Of a stretch of 64,000 nt of DNA, positions 1-12,059 are shown one piece after another. Position 1 is the stretch's first letter; each line of letters begins with the position of its first letter. Source of the stretch: Malacoraja senta (lineage: Eukaryota). Under the pieces are notes generated by a model. The model did not search any database and was not told the origin of the DNA. It worked only from the letters and a program-made list of their open reading frames with translations. The stretch covers positions 32,240,001 through 32,304,000 of the forward strand of contig CM075978.1 in NCBI GenBank assembly GCA_038087875.1, read 5' to 3'. A program made the translations under genes and the position numbers.

Positions 1-235
1 GACTCCCGTGACAAGCCCTTCCACTTTCATCAGCCATCATCTGATATGCTTGCTCAGGTTTTGGAAGTTGCTAATTAATGTGCAGTATAAAATTCCCCTC
101 TGCACATCTGTGTGTCACCCATTAAATTATCTTTACAGTTTAACATATTGCACAGACTACAGCAGTTCTATGAATCCTACCCATGCCCTCAACTCACTGA
201 CTATAATAAAAAACACAGTGAGGGTCACTGTGCTC

Positions 236-1282
236 CATTGGTGTCCTGGATCACCAACTACCTGACTGGACGACCACAATATGTCAGGCTAAAGAACTGT
301 GTCTCGGACATGATGGTGAACAACACAGGGGCCCCTCTTGCCCTTCCTGTTTTACCAACTACACCTTGGACTTCAGATATAAATCCACCTCCTGCCACCT
401 GTAGAAGTTTTCAGATGACTGCAATTGTGGGCTGCATCAGTGAGAGGAAGGAAGTTGAATACAGAGGTGTAGTCAACGACATTGTTGTGTGGTGTGGGCT
501 GATCACCTGCAGCTCAGCACCGACAAGAATAGGGAGTTGGTGGTGGACTTTAGGAGGATAGGAACACCCCTGTCCCCTTGTCCCCTGTCTCCATGGATGG
601 TGTCGATGTGCAGTTTACCAGGGAGTAAAAATACCTTGGAGTGTACCTGGACAGTAAACTGGACTGGTCAGGAACGCTGAGACCCTGTACAAGAAGGGAC
701 AGAGGCGGCTATACTTTTGAGAAGGCTCTGCTCCTTCAACGTCTGCAGTAAGATGTTCTACCAATCGATGGTAGCCAGTGCCATCTTCTTTGCTGCCGTA
801 TGCTGGGGCAGCAGGGCAAAGGCTGCGGACGTCAAGGGAATCAACAAACTCATCAGGAAGGCTGTCTCCCTCCTGGCTCCCTCCTGGGGACGGAGTTGGA
901 TTCATGGGAGGTGGTCTTGGAGGGGAGGATGCTCCTCAAACTGCGGAGCATCCTGGACAATACAGCTCACACCCTCCATGACACACTGGTCAACCAGAGG
1001 AGTACCTTCAGCAAAAGACTGGTACCACCAAGATGCAGGGCAGAATGCCACAGGAGATCCTTCTTCAGTATGGCTATCAAACTTTACAACTTGTCCCCCT
1101 TCTGGCATGGGGTAGACTGAGACTGAGACTGACTCCCCTCCCCCCCACCCCACCTCCTCAATCTTTGCACATCCCCCAAGCCTTGCCACTTGTCACTTTA
1201 ATTTCATGTTTCATGTGTGTTTTTTGATGATTTGGCATCAATTTCCCTCCTGGGATAAATAAAGTTCTATCGTATCATATCT
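236..1282 (+). mobile_element. Rex1/Babar-type non-LTR retrotransposon, 5'-truncated and frameshifted (RT C-terminal half + 3' UTR)
   Basis: ORF fragments SWITNYLTGRPQYVRL..NTGAP, FYQSMVASAIFFAAVCWG and HTLHDTLVNQRSTFSKRL..CRAECHRRSFF are typical Rex1 RT/C-terminal motifs; 3' end GGATAAATAAAGTTCTATCGTATC. Confidence 0.85.
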
Positions 1283-2934
1283 TTAACAAATCAGATTTTC
1301 ATTTCATTAAAGTCACAGGTAATTATTCAGGTGATAAAGTCGGAAGCCATTCTGCACGTGAGATTATTACCATTATCTTTATGGATTTTAGGTCTGATAT
1401 TTTCTTCTAATATACTTTTGAATTAATGCCGAGTGAATCTGATAAAATAAATGTCACAGTGCAAGTGGAATTATATTTATTTTAATTTAGCACTTAAAAT
1501 GGCAAAATAAATATGTAGTTATTTTGTCTGAAATTTCAAATTATCCTCTAAATTATATGTATTTAAAAGCATTCTTTTTTACATATTAATCTGCCAAAAC
1601 TATTTGCACCGACTTCCTAACAGCCACAACGTAGAAGCAAGAAAAATTGTGTTCTCCATATTATGCAAGAAAGAAGTTAATATATCCTGTTGCATTTGTG
1701 AATTTGGTCACCAATGCAAATCCATTCTTTAAAGAGTTAATGTTATAGTTGAAAAGCTGCTTTCTTTTCCTTTCGTTTTCTAGCCAATGTCAGCTAGCCA
1801 GTTATAGAGAATACGTGTTCATTTTTTCACATGAAAATTATTCGTTGTCTTTCCCACTGCATTCCCTCTCCAAATCCCATGTAAAAGTCGGGTTGAGAAT
1901 ATGGAAGTTTGACAGGTTACAATAAACTGTTTCTTTTTCAGGTATCCTGTGCTTTTTGGCTTTTATGTGTGAATGGGGAATGGCTGAAGGCACCTGTGTT
2001 TATTGCAGGTCCCATAGGCAGCTGCTCAACTAATGAATGGCTGATTATGTGCTAACATGCTTTGTCAGATATTGGCAGAGTCCATTCTGTTCTCTTTTTT
2101 GCCTTTTCAGTAAGGGGTGCCATTGACAGACGGGTTACCATTTATAAAAATGTTGTCCATCAAGCTGAGGAAAGACAATGCTGTTTTCTGTGGCTAGTGA
2201 CTGTGGGAAACTTTCTTTTGGCTATTCAAGCAATTTTAGTTGCTTACATTGGTTAAGGGTGAATGATGAGTACAAAAAAAACCTATAATTAGGAAAAACG
2301 TATACTGATAATTATAACCATGTCAGACTGCTGGTCTAATTTTACACAATTGCTGAAGGCTTATTTTATAAAGCAGCAGTAGAATTCGACAGGATCATTA
2401 AAGCAATAGAGGTGATTTTTGTACCCAAATCTTATCGTGCGCACAATTTAAAATAAATTACTTTGTTAAGCTGCACTGGGGGACAAATTTAACTTACACT
2501 GTTTACCGTGCACCTGAAAAACAGGAAGGCAGTAGTGAAAAATTGAGCTACTCCACAATTGACCAAGTACCACGTAATGCCATATTCAGGTGAGTGTATT
2601 AATGGATGAACAGCTGGAGTACCTAAAATGGAGCATGGCTGCCAAAAGCAAATCAGGATCCTGCAATAATTGTTGGACCATCTATACAATATCCTGGTAC
2701 CATTGGTTGCCAGTTGCTTGGTTCATGGTTCGAGCAATCAAACACGTAGTTTTTACAATAACTGTTGGAAACCATTTTTTTTGGCTTAATTTTTCAGATT
2801 CTGGAAAGGAGGAGTTCTCTCCTGGGTCCTACAAATATTCTTGGGATGCCTATTGCCATCCCAAATTTGACGAATGGGTTGATTTGGCATCAGAACCTGT
2901 CATTTATTACAATCCCTCACTGACCAATTCATGT

Positions 2935-3812
2935 TCATAAGTCATAGGAGCAGAATTAGGCCATTCAGCCCATCGTGCCTACTCCATCATTCAATCATGT
3001 ATGGTATATCTTTCCCTCTCAACCCCATTCTCCTGCCTTATCCCCATAATCTTTGACAACCGTACAAATCTAGAACCTGGCAATCTCTGTTTTAAAAATA
3101 CCCAAAGATTTGGCGTGCGCAGCTATCTGTGGCAATGAATTCCACAGATTCACCACCATTCACCAAATTCCTCCTCATCTCCTTTCTAAAGGTGCATCCC
3201 TTTTATTCTGAGACTGTGCCCTCTAGTCCTAGACTCTCTCACGTGGAAACTTCCTCTCCACTATACACTATACCCACGCCTTTCATTATTTGGTAGGTTT
3301 CAATAAGGTCCCCTCTCAACCTTCTAAACTCCAGCGAGTACAGGCTCATCACATGTTAACCCAATCATCCCTGGGATCATTCTTGTAAACCTTCTCTGGG
3401 TCCTCTCCAACACCAGCACATCCGTCCTCAGATATGGGGTCCAAAACTGCTCACAATACTCCAGATGTGGTCTGCCCTGAGCATTACATCCCTGTTTTTA
3501 TATTCTAGTCCTCTCAAAATGAATGCTAACATTGCATTTGCCTTCCTTACTTCCTTGTCAACCTGCAAATTAACTTTTGGGAATCCTGCAGCAGCACTCC
3601 CAAGTCCCTTTGCAATTTTTGAATTTAGAAATAGTCTACGCCTCTATTCCTTCTACCAGCACACATGACCGCACATTTCGCTATGCTGTATTCCATCTGT
3701 CACCTCTTTGCCCACTCTCTCAACCTGTCCACGTCCTCTGCAGACTTCCTGCTCCCTCTGCACTATGTGCCCCTCCTCCTATCTTTGTAATATTTGCAAA
3801 CCTGGCCATAAA
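2935..3812 (-). mobile_element. CR1-clade (HER1-like) LINE 3' fragment
   Basis: Starts with the reverse of the elasmobranch CR1 tail (CATAAGTCATAGGAGCAGAATTAGGCCATTCAGCCC); similar to 16826-17880 and 46590-47218. Confidence 0.85.
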
Positions 3813-3819
3813 GCCATTA

Positions 3820-4163
3820 ACAGGATGCGGAGAGGATGTTTCCACTAGTGGGAGAGTAAGACCAGAGGCCATAGCCTCAGAATAAAAGGATGTACCTTTA
3901 GAAATGAGATGAGGAGGAATTTCTTTAGTCAGAGGACGGTGAATCTGTGGAATTCAATGCCACAGAAGACTATGGAGGCCAAGTCAATGGATATTTTTAC
4001 GGTGGAGATTGACAGATTCTTGATTAGTCCAGATGTCAGGGGTTATGGGGAGAAGGCAGGAGAATGTGGTTGAGCGGAAAAGATAGATCAGCCATGATTG
4101 AATGGCGGTAGACTTGATGGGCCAAATGGCCTAATTCTGCTCCTATAATTTATGCACTTATGA
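3820..4163 (+). mobile_element. CR1-clade (HER1-like) LINE 3' end, head-to-head with the preceding copy
   Basis: GAGAGGATGTTTCCACTAGTGGGAGAG...GATGGGCCAAATGGCCTAATTCTGCTCCTAT is the reverse complement of 2935-3270. Confidence 0.85.
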
Positions 4164-4289
4164 ACAGCCAGCATATCAGCAGAAATTAAGTAAAATCCAG
4201 ATCAATAGTTAGTCCTGGTCAGGTCAGTACAATGGTTTTGGTACAAATTGAATGGCTGAATTATGTTCAAACTGACAAGCCACTGGTGT

Positions 4290-4486
4290 TCACCATCACT
4301 GGGTCAAAATCCTTGAACTCCCTCCCTAACAGCATTGTGAGTATACCTGGGTATCCTTGCATCTCAAGGACTGCAGTCGTTGAAGAGGTCAGCTCACCAC
4401 CAGCTTCTTAAGAGTAAGTAGATGGGAATTAAATGCTGCCTTTGCCACTCAAGTCCACATCCTTTGAATGAAATAAAAAAAAAAAA
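4290..4486 (+). mobile_element. LINE 3' end (CR1/L2-group), A-rich tail
   Basis: CACCATCACTGGGTCAAAATCC...GCTCACCACCAGCTTCT...AAATGCTG...GAATGAAATAAAAAAA; a paralogous copy lies at 46136-46290. Confidence 0.65.
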
Positions 4487-4680
4487 CACAAGCTTATCAT
4501 CTCCATTCCTTGGATTCTTCTCAAGCTTCCACTGTCCTAGCACAAGTGAGACTATCTAATCAACTGGATCTTCACCTGGTGGTTATCTGTTTAATCAATA
4601 GGGGAAAGTTATCCTCAATCAGATTTGTATTGATTTACACAATTCCTGATTCTGGGGAAGAAATGGGTATTTTCTTCACC

Positions 4681-5029
4681 ATAATGATAATAATAATAAT
4701 AATAATGGATTGGATTTATATAGCGCCTTTCTAATACCCAAGGCGCTTTACATCGCATTATTCATTCACTCCTCAGTCACACTCGGTGGTGGTGAGCTAC
4801 TTCTGTAGCCACAGCTGCCCTGGGGCAGACTGACGGAAGCGTGGCTGCTAATCTGCGCCTACGGCCCCTCCGACCACCACCAATCACTCACACACATGCA
4901 CACGCAGGCAAAGGTGGGTGAAGTGTCTTGCCCAAGGACACAACGACAGTATGCACTCCAAGCGGGATTCGAACCGGCTACCTTCCGGTTGCCAGCCGAA
5001 CACTTAGCCCATTGCGCCATCTGTCGTCC
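4681..5029 (-). mobile_element. tRNA-derived CORE-type SINE with L2-like tail and (TTA)n end, apparently young
   Basis: Minus strand: A box TGGCGCAATGG (5009-5019), B box GGTTCGAATCC (4965-4975), CORE-like GTGTCCTTGGGCAAGACACTT, tail AAAGGCGCTATATAAATCCAATCC(ATT)n; many intact CpGs. Confidence 0.9.
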
Positions 5030-5344
5030 TATATGCTCACCATCACTATATGCTCACAATTGTATTGGTTAATGATTGTATACATTTCCTGATACTTAGT
5101 TTGCTAATTTTGTGAAGTGTACTAGTATCCAAAGACAAATTTCTTCTCCAATGTCTGCTAAATCTAATGTGTTTTGATTTGAGGATTCATTTTTGATTAT
5201 TTTAACTTTTAGTGATACAAAACAAAGCACTAAATATGATTTAAATATATTTTTGTTTTCTGCAAGTTAGTCCTTTTGCTGGTGCAAAGTAATTTTTAAG
5301 ATGTTGACACTAGGAAACGGCATTAACATGGAGAACAATGATAC

Positions 5345-5517
5345 TGTGAACTGTTTTTTAAAGATAATTGGACAAATATATGGATGGGAAGGGTTTCGAG
5401 GCCCATGGGCCAAATTCAGGCAAATGGGACTACCATGATATGCCATCTTGGTTCGCATGGACAAGATGGGCTGAAGGGACATTTTTATGCTGTACGGCTT
5501 TATGATTCTATGACTAT
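5345..5517 (+). mobile_element. CR1/HER1 3' tail fragment
   Basis: GGACAAATATATGGATGGGAAGGG...GGGCTGAAGGG...TATGATTCTATGACT. Confidence 0.7.
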
Positions 5518-6419
5518 GTTGGGGATATAATAAAATAATGAAGTTATTAATGGAATACCTAAATTGACCGCAAAATTAAAACTATTGTGTTAGATAATGT
5601 AAGTGTACTATTAAGGTGAGGAAAGTCTCATTTTACTCATGCTGTCAGTGAGCTGAATTAATTTATTCAAAGTAGGGAAAGAAAGACCAATACAGAGAGA
5701 ATAAATCAGTGAACTAATTGTTCTCATATATTTCCTAATTAATAACTAGAGTGTCATTAGTGGAGCGTTAGACAGGAAAACAATCTCTGTTACATGGAGA
5801 TCAAGGGAGACCAATTTATAATGATGCTTACTTACAACAATGATAGCTAATTGTAAATCAAAAGGACATAAGCACAATTGAAGACAGATGGTTGTTATGC
5901 CATAACAAAGGATACCTATTCTAACAAATATTAACTGAAATTAAGGTATCGTCAGGGATCCCTATTATCAGGGTGATCTCTATACACCCACCTCTGTGCC
6001 TCGGGTGCCCATTTTTTTCTCCCCCACCCCCTTCCCATTCCCTTCTATTCATCCCCCCCCCTCCCCTCTGGTTCAACATTTCAATCCCCATTTTCCTGCT
6101 TTATTAGTTTCCACCATTTTGTCATCCTCACCTTCAAATTGAATGGCTCCTCACTCATCAAGGGTAGTGAAGAGTAATCCATCATGGTCCTGGCTTGTGC
6201 TTTGTGGATGGTGAAAAAACTTTGAAGTGTTGCGTCATTTGCTGTAAAATATACTCTGATCTGCTATTGTAAATGCAGTTTTTATATATTTGATCCAGCT
6301 GGGTTTCTGGTCAGTGGTGACTCCCAGGATGTTGATCATGGAGGACTTGTCAATGCGACTACCATTGAATACCACTCAGAGTGAATTTGGCATCCATGCT
6401 ACTTCAAGGTGTTGAGAAT

Positions 6420-6604
6420 GCACACTATCACTTGTAATTAATTAGATGAATAATGGTGTGACAATGGGATTATTGCTTCAGTACCTCCCATTGTTATAAT
6501 CCTGCTCTTATGTATTTCTCTTTTCCGACACCAGATACTGTATCTGCAAACCTTACCAGTGAGTGAAGTATGAACAGGTGGAAAATCAAGATGAATGTAC
6601 ATTA
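6420..6604. repeat. Local diverged duplication, copy 1 (copy 2 at 8635-8816)
   Basis: GCACACTATC.CTTGTAAT.AATTAG.TGAATAATGGTGT...CCTGCTCTTAT.TATTTCTCTTTTC...GGAAAAT.AAGATG.ATG.ACATTAT aligns collinearly in both copies. Confidence 0.9.
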
Positions 6605-6954
6605 TCTCTCAATTTGACACCCAGAGCCACTTGCTCTGACACAGCCTCTGTGTGCACCATAAGGGTGAGATTAAATATGGGATCTGCATAAAGCAAGAAA
6701 CCAGAAATGAGTTCTGCAGTAGAACATGGGAAAAGCTTTCCCGGATTGTCGGTTGCTTAGAAAATAAGCTTCTACTTAAGGTCTAAGACATGAAGTATTT
6801 AAAGGGGCACCCTGCAGGAGTTGATGGTATGTACATTGAAAAGTTAAGGACTTTGACATGTCCCTATGAAGGTGTCCAGCACTTTGAACAGAACTCGGAA
6901 CCCATTCTTTACAATATGAAAGTGGTTGGTAATGTGATTCACAAATCTAAAGTC

Positions 6955-7185
6955 AGCCACAGAGATGTCAGTGCTGCCTCAGAGGTCTATGGACTCATGT
7001 TCAATCCCACTTTGCCCGCTGCCAGTGTGTAGTTTTCGTATTCTCTGGGTTTCAATAGGGTACTCTCACATCACAAAGATGTGCTGAGAGGGTTAATTGG
7101 CTCCTGTAAATTACTTCTTGGTGTAGGTCAGAATCAAAGAAAGGGGGCGGATGAACATGTGAGATTGAATAACTTGCAGGGTTAC
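6955..7185 (+). mobile_element. Old V-SINE (HE1-like) remnant
   Basis: Decayed tRNA-like head and GGTTAATTGGC..CTGTAAATT.C.CT.GTGT V-domain motif. Confidence 0.55.
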
Positions 7186-7219
7186 AAAGAAAAAAGGAGA
7201 GGGAAAACAAATGAATCTG

Positions 7220-7331
7220 AAAATGCTGGAATATGAAATAAAAACAGATATTATGGAAGAAGTCAACCAGTAAAGCAGCATCTATGAAGAGAGAAACCAG
7301 TCAACGTTTCAGCTCAGACCCTTCCTCAGAA
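7220..7331 (-). mobile_element. Penelope-like terminal repeat fragment
   Basis: GCAGCATCTATGAAGAGAG...AACGTTTCAGCTCAGACCCTTCCTCAG is similar to the copies at 13998-14200 and 42182-42511. Confidence 0.6.
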
Positions 7332-7621
7332 GGGGGAGAAATGGGATTGTTCTGTGAATGAATTTTCCATATATTCATGAAATGTGGAAGGGGAAAAAAT
7401 AGTGATGAAAAAATGGAATTCTATCACTGTGGACGCGGTAATAATGGATACAGAAAATATTAATAAAACTACATAGTTTCACATTGTAAGAGCAGATCAT
7501 GTTTGGAAAATCCATTTTTTAATGATATAATAACTTGGGTATGTAATGTGTTGTTACATAGAATAAGGGTATGGGGTTGGGAGATAACACACAAGCATAG
7601 ATGGAGAATCTGAAACAAAGG

Positions 7622-7936
7622 GTGGTACTGTACACTGTGGTAGAGATGTTGCCTTACAGTGCCAGAGCCCCAGGTTCGATCCTGACTATGTGTGCTGTCT
7701 GTAGGAGTTTGTATGTTCTCTCTGTGACCACGTGGGTTTTTTTCTGAGTGCTTGGTTTGCTCCCACATTCCAAAGATCTGCTTGTTTGTAGGTCATTTGG
7801 CTTCTGTAAATTGCCCTTAGTGTGTAGGATGTGAAACTGGAATAACATAGAACTAGTGTACAGGTGTTCACTGGTCGACGTGGACTCGGTGGGTCAAAGG
7901 GGCAGTTTTTACACTGTATCTCTAAACTAAAACTAA
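7622..7936 (+). mobile_element. HE1-like V-SINE, full length
   Basis: tRNA head with B box GGTTCGATCC (7673-7682), V-domain (CTCCCACATTCCAAAGA...GTAAATTGCCCTTAGTGTG), CR1-like tail ending (CTAAA)n. Confidence 0.9.
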
Positions 7937-8634
7937 AGAGAAGGAATCAATGGATAATTTCCAAGTCAACAATCCTTACTATGGGGACCACAGAGATGAG
8001 TTTGGGAGCTCAGCTACAGTACTCATTGTCTATATTACCAACTTAGATGTAAAATATCCATGTTTGCTGAGGATTCGAACCTAAAGTTGAAAATGAAAAA
8101 GGAGGAAGATGCAAAGTATCTGCAAAGGTATACAGTCAAATTAAATAAATAGACAAATGTTAAGGTTATGTGTCTTGATAGAATGAATAGAGAATAAGAA
8201 TATATTTTTAAAGTTGAAAAGTGTAAGTTCATGTGACACCAAATAAATAGAAGCTAAAGCAGACGCTTAGTATAGTTTACTAATATTTAATGCAAGGGAT
8301 TTCGAGTATGACCTTACTAAAGCATTAATGATATACCTAATTTTAGTCACAAATGGATTTTGTCTCCTTGCCTCTAAAAGATGCCTGCCCTGAGCCAGTG
8401 CAAAGGAGTAGTTACATTAGTTGTTTTTATAGATAAAAGAGTTTTTCGACGAGAAGACATTGTGTATGATTGGCCTATATTTCTTCCACTTTAGAAGGGT
8501 AAGATCAAATCACCTTGAAATGCACATTCCAAAGAGGACTGCTGTTTTCTTCTGCTGGGGAATCCAGAACAAATTGACAGAATTGGAGATACTGTAAGAC
8601 TTTAGGATTAAGACTGCAGCACTGAGGACATGTG

Positions 8635-8816
8635 GCACACTATCTCTTGTAATGAATTAGCTGAATAATGGTGTAACGATGGCATTATTGCTTCACTGCC
8701 TCCCACTGTTATAGTCCTGCTCTTATATATTTCTCTTTTCTGACAATAGACATCTGCAAACCCTGAGCAGGGAGTGAGGATGAGCAGTTGGAAAATTAAG
8801 ATGCATGCACATTATA
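8635..8816. repeat. Local diverged duplication, copy 2 (copy 1 at 6420-6604)
   Basis: Direct alignment to 6420-6604; abuts a PLE fragment on its right. Confidence 0.9.
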
Positions 8817-8819
8817 TTC

Positions 8820-8980
8820 TGGAATCCGGTATTTTTCTCCACACTTTTCTCATTGGCCCAGTCTGAAGAGTTCCAATCCAAAACTACACCTATCCACGTC
8901 ATCCAGAGATACAGCCTGACCTGCTGAATTACTCTAACACAGTTCTTTTTGTAATCCAGCATCTGCAGTTCCTTGTATCT
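8820..8980 (+). mobile_element. Penelope-like terminal repeat fragment
   Basis: GTCTGAAGAG...CCAGAGATACAGCCTGACCTGCTGAATTACTC...CCAGCATCTGCAGTTCCTTGT. Confidence 0.7.
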
Positions 8981-10221
8981 AATGTTGTTTTCACTCCATC
9001 TGACTACATGTTATAAATTTAAACAAACTCAATACCAATACCAAAATAGCACCTGCAATAATGCAGTTTCAATTTAAATTATTCAGAGATTACAAACAAA
9101 TTGATCACTGAGGGACGAAAATGTCATGACAGCAAATCATAATTTTACCCAATTTTTATTGGACAGCCATAGAACAGTAACAGCATTGGCAGAAGCCTCA
9201 AATGATGCCACTTTCTAAATCTCCTAGGTGTAGGGTATAACAACTTAACAGAGGGAGGGGGGTGTCACAAAGATTGCTTCACATGTGGAGCCCACATTTT
9301 TCCATTCACTAGTTTTAGCAAGAGGAAAACCATGGGCTCTGTGTTTGCTCCTTGAGAAAGCAGTTCCCATTGGTATCATGGGGGTCTGGAATCAATCTCA
9401 GAAAGACAAATAGTAATAGAATGGCAACTGTGAAATTATTTTAACACGTCAGATTAATCTGATTTTATTCAGTGGATAGTTAATTACAATATATCTTTTT
9501 GTCATCTCATGTACTGTTTTCTACTGATCTTGGTAATGGTAGCACTGCTGTAAATTGATTTTCTCAGTTGAAGTGAAGGTCATCTGCTGCTATGAGAAAC
9601 TGTTAATGGAACAGGCTGTGCACAGCAGGAAATCTTTGAAGGGCAGAAAGAGAATGTTTGCCCCACTATGTTAGCAGATTTAAGATCCAATTAGGGAGAC
9701 CATTGTGAATCCAAATGCTATTTTCGTGCAATTATGTGATCAGAGAAGCATTAATTACTTTAGTAGGAAGAGTATATTGTGCCTTTGTTAAATCGTCTTA
9801 ACAAGCATATATTGATATAATTGAGTTCTCTCTGAAAACAAACGTTAGAATAATAATTGAACCTATGTAAGGAATTAATGAATTAGATGAAATGTTGTTT
9901 AGTCATGCAAAAAAATGTAGAAACCCTGATTTGAAATAAATGTTTCAGTCAGGTTAAGTCCTGATACACTTATGCAGTTAGCTACAAATGCATCCTAAAT
10001 AGATTATATATGCAACCACATCATAATAGTAGAAATAAAAATAGAGCTAAATATCATTGTAAGTATACTTAGCATCAATTTATAGATGTAGATGGAACTA
10101 TAGATTGTAAATGATTTACTTTATGGTGGCTAATGCCAGAATCATTTTGTATAGTTATGTCATGTACATATTTCAACAATTATATACTCATAGTCACTGT
10201 AATCTGTAAATGGACTTACTT

Positions 10222-10460
10222 ACCATCACCCGGCGAGGGGCCCAACATCGGAAGCCTGGATCGTCTCAACGCAGAGGGAGAACAAGGAGGGAAGAGACAA
10301 GGACTTTAAGACTTTTGCCTTCCCTCACTGTGGTGGATGTTAAATCTGTGTTTATTGTGTGTTTTGTTATTTTATTCTATGTTATGACTGCAAGGCACGA
10401 AATTTCATTCAGACTGTAAAGTCTGAATGACAATAAAGTCAAGTTGTCAGTTGTCAGTTG
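10222..10460 (+). mobile_element. Retroposon 3' fragment with Rex1-like tail and (GTTGTCA)n end
   Basis: CpG-rich start, then GAAATTTCATTCAGACT..AGTCTGAATGACAATAAAG hairpin tail like that at 55605-55665. Confidence 0.6.
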
Positions 10461-11023
10461 TAATCAAATTCCATAAAAATAGCCGATATAATAAAAAAGT
10501 GATATTAAATTGATGTAAACACATCATTAGTGAAGTCTGATGTAAAATGTGTTGTAGCATTTCACTCGTCTGTTTCACAGTCTGCTCTATTACCTTCACC
10601 AATTACTTCAATTGGAAATAAAGTATTTGTGTACTCACAAATGCGAAACTTGCCTGCATTTCTGTCTTTGTTCCATCCTCTACGATGTGACTGAGAACCT
10701 TTATCAGGCAGCCAAGATGGGTTTTATTATGCAATGTTAATCCCATGACATCAATAAAACCTCTGTGCAATTTTCACGTAGCAGCGTGTGAAATGCACAT
10801 TCTTCATAAAATGGATCAAAATTGTGTTTTATAATTTTAGTGGAACAAAATAAGAATTAAAGCAAAAGTTGATGCATACAATGCTCAGTCTTCTGCAGCT
10901 CACCATTAAGATGCAACATTAAACTAGAGCTGCTTGATTTTTGTGAAGCAGTTAGCCAAGCCGGACCATCAGCCAGCTGGCAGTCAACATTCCAAAAAAT
11001 TTTGGTCAGATTACCATTAGGAT

Positions 11024-11164
11024 TCTTTGTCTTCTTGCATATGGCGTGCACAGCCTAAAGTTGTAGGTCAACTTGTTCTATTTGATCTATTTGTTTGTGC
11101 ACATCACATTGATTGCATTAGTCGAAACAGGGTGGAACACGTGAAGGTTGAAATCTCCCACCCC
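11024..11164 (-). mobile_element. Short ~140-bp (AAG)n-tailed retroposon, copy 1, 11-bp TSD
   Basis: Flanked by ACCATTAGGAT at 11013-11023 and 11165-11175; homologous end-to-end to 49400-49536. Confidence 0.9.
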
Positions 11165-12059
11165 ACCATTAGGATAAAAAATGAACTCACACAGATATTT
11201 CTCAATTTACATAATTTTTTGTTCCCGAGAAGCATTTCATCAAGTATTTTTTTCTAAATCATAAAGGCTCGATGAAATGCACTATGGGGTTTTTGGTAAA
11301 TTCGTTGCTCTGGGAAAAGACTGGTGCATTATTTCTTGTTACAAAGAAATATATTTTTAAATGGAGAACACATATTATAATGAGTCAATACAGTCATAGA
11401 CTGAGGAATCTATAAATAGAGGAATTTATAGACTGAGGAATATCTGTACCTGAATCTTGTCAGGAGTCAAGAGAGTTAAGAGTGTTTAATTGTCATATGA
11501 GCTAGCACGGTACAGTGAAATTCCTACTTGCTGCAGCTTTACACGTCCATTAACGTAATCATGGTACCATTTTGTAGGTGTTCAACTTCTCCCATAATAT
11601 CAGCTCAAGCATAACTACATACATTATTATCCAATAGCTAACTAACCCCAAATTTGGTTTAAGTTTGTTTGGTTTTGGGATGTGAATAAAACTTCTCAAA
11701 CTATCTTTATTTATAATGGCTCTGTCAAAAACGTGTTGGCGTAGGAAAATTAAGCAAGGGCCTGGAGCCTGGCTCATTGTCTTTAATGAGTATCCTTGTG
11801 AACATCCAGTAGAGAGTAGAAAGTTCCTCCAATCGAAGTGCTGAAAAGAGTAAATGTATTCCAATCATATATCAATTGGAAACTTATCAAGGGCAATGTC
11901 AAGCTTACAGAGTTCAACCTCTCCAACTCCTATTTCCACTTCCATAATATTGCCTGCCCCACTTCTCCCTCAATTCTCTACACTTAAAACTGTCTGTGTT
12001 ATTCCTGAAACAAGTTTTCCACTGCACTTCTATCTGGCCTTCTGTCTTCTGCCTTCCAT

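Noticed and set aside
4955-5029. Possible tRNA gene
   Set aside because: A/B boxes are present, but the sequence continues into a SINE body and L2-type tail with no proper acceptor stem or terminator.
10633-10700. Minus-strand exon candidate ending at GTGAGT (VLSHIVEDGTKTEMQASFAF)
   Set aside because: No convincing pyrimidine-tract acceptor and the peptide is unrecognised.
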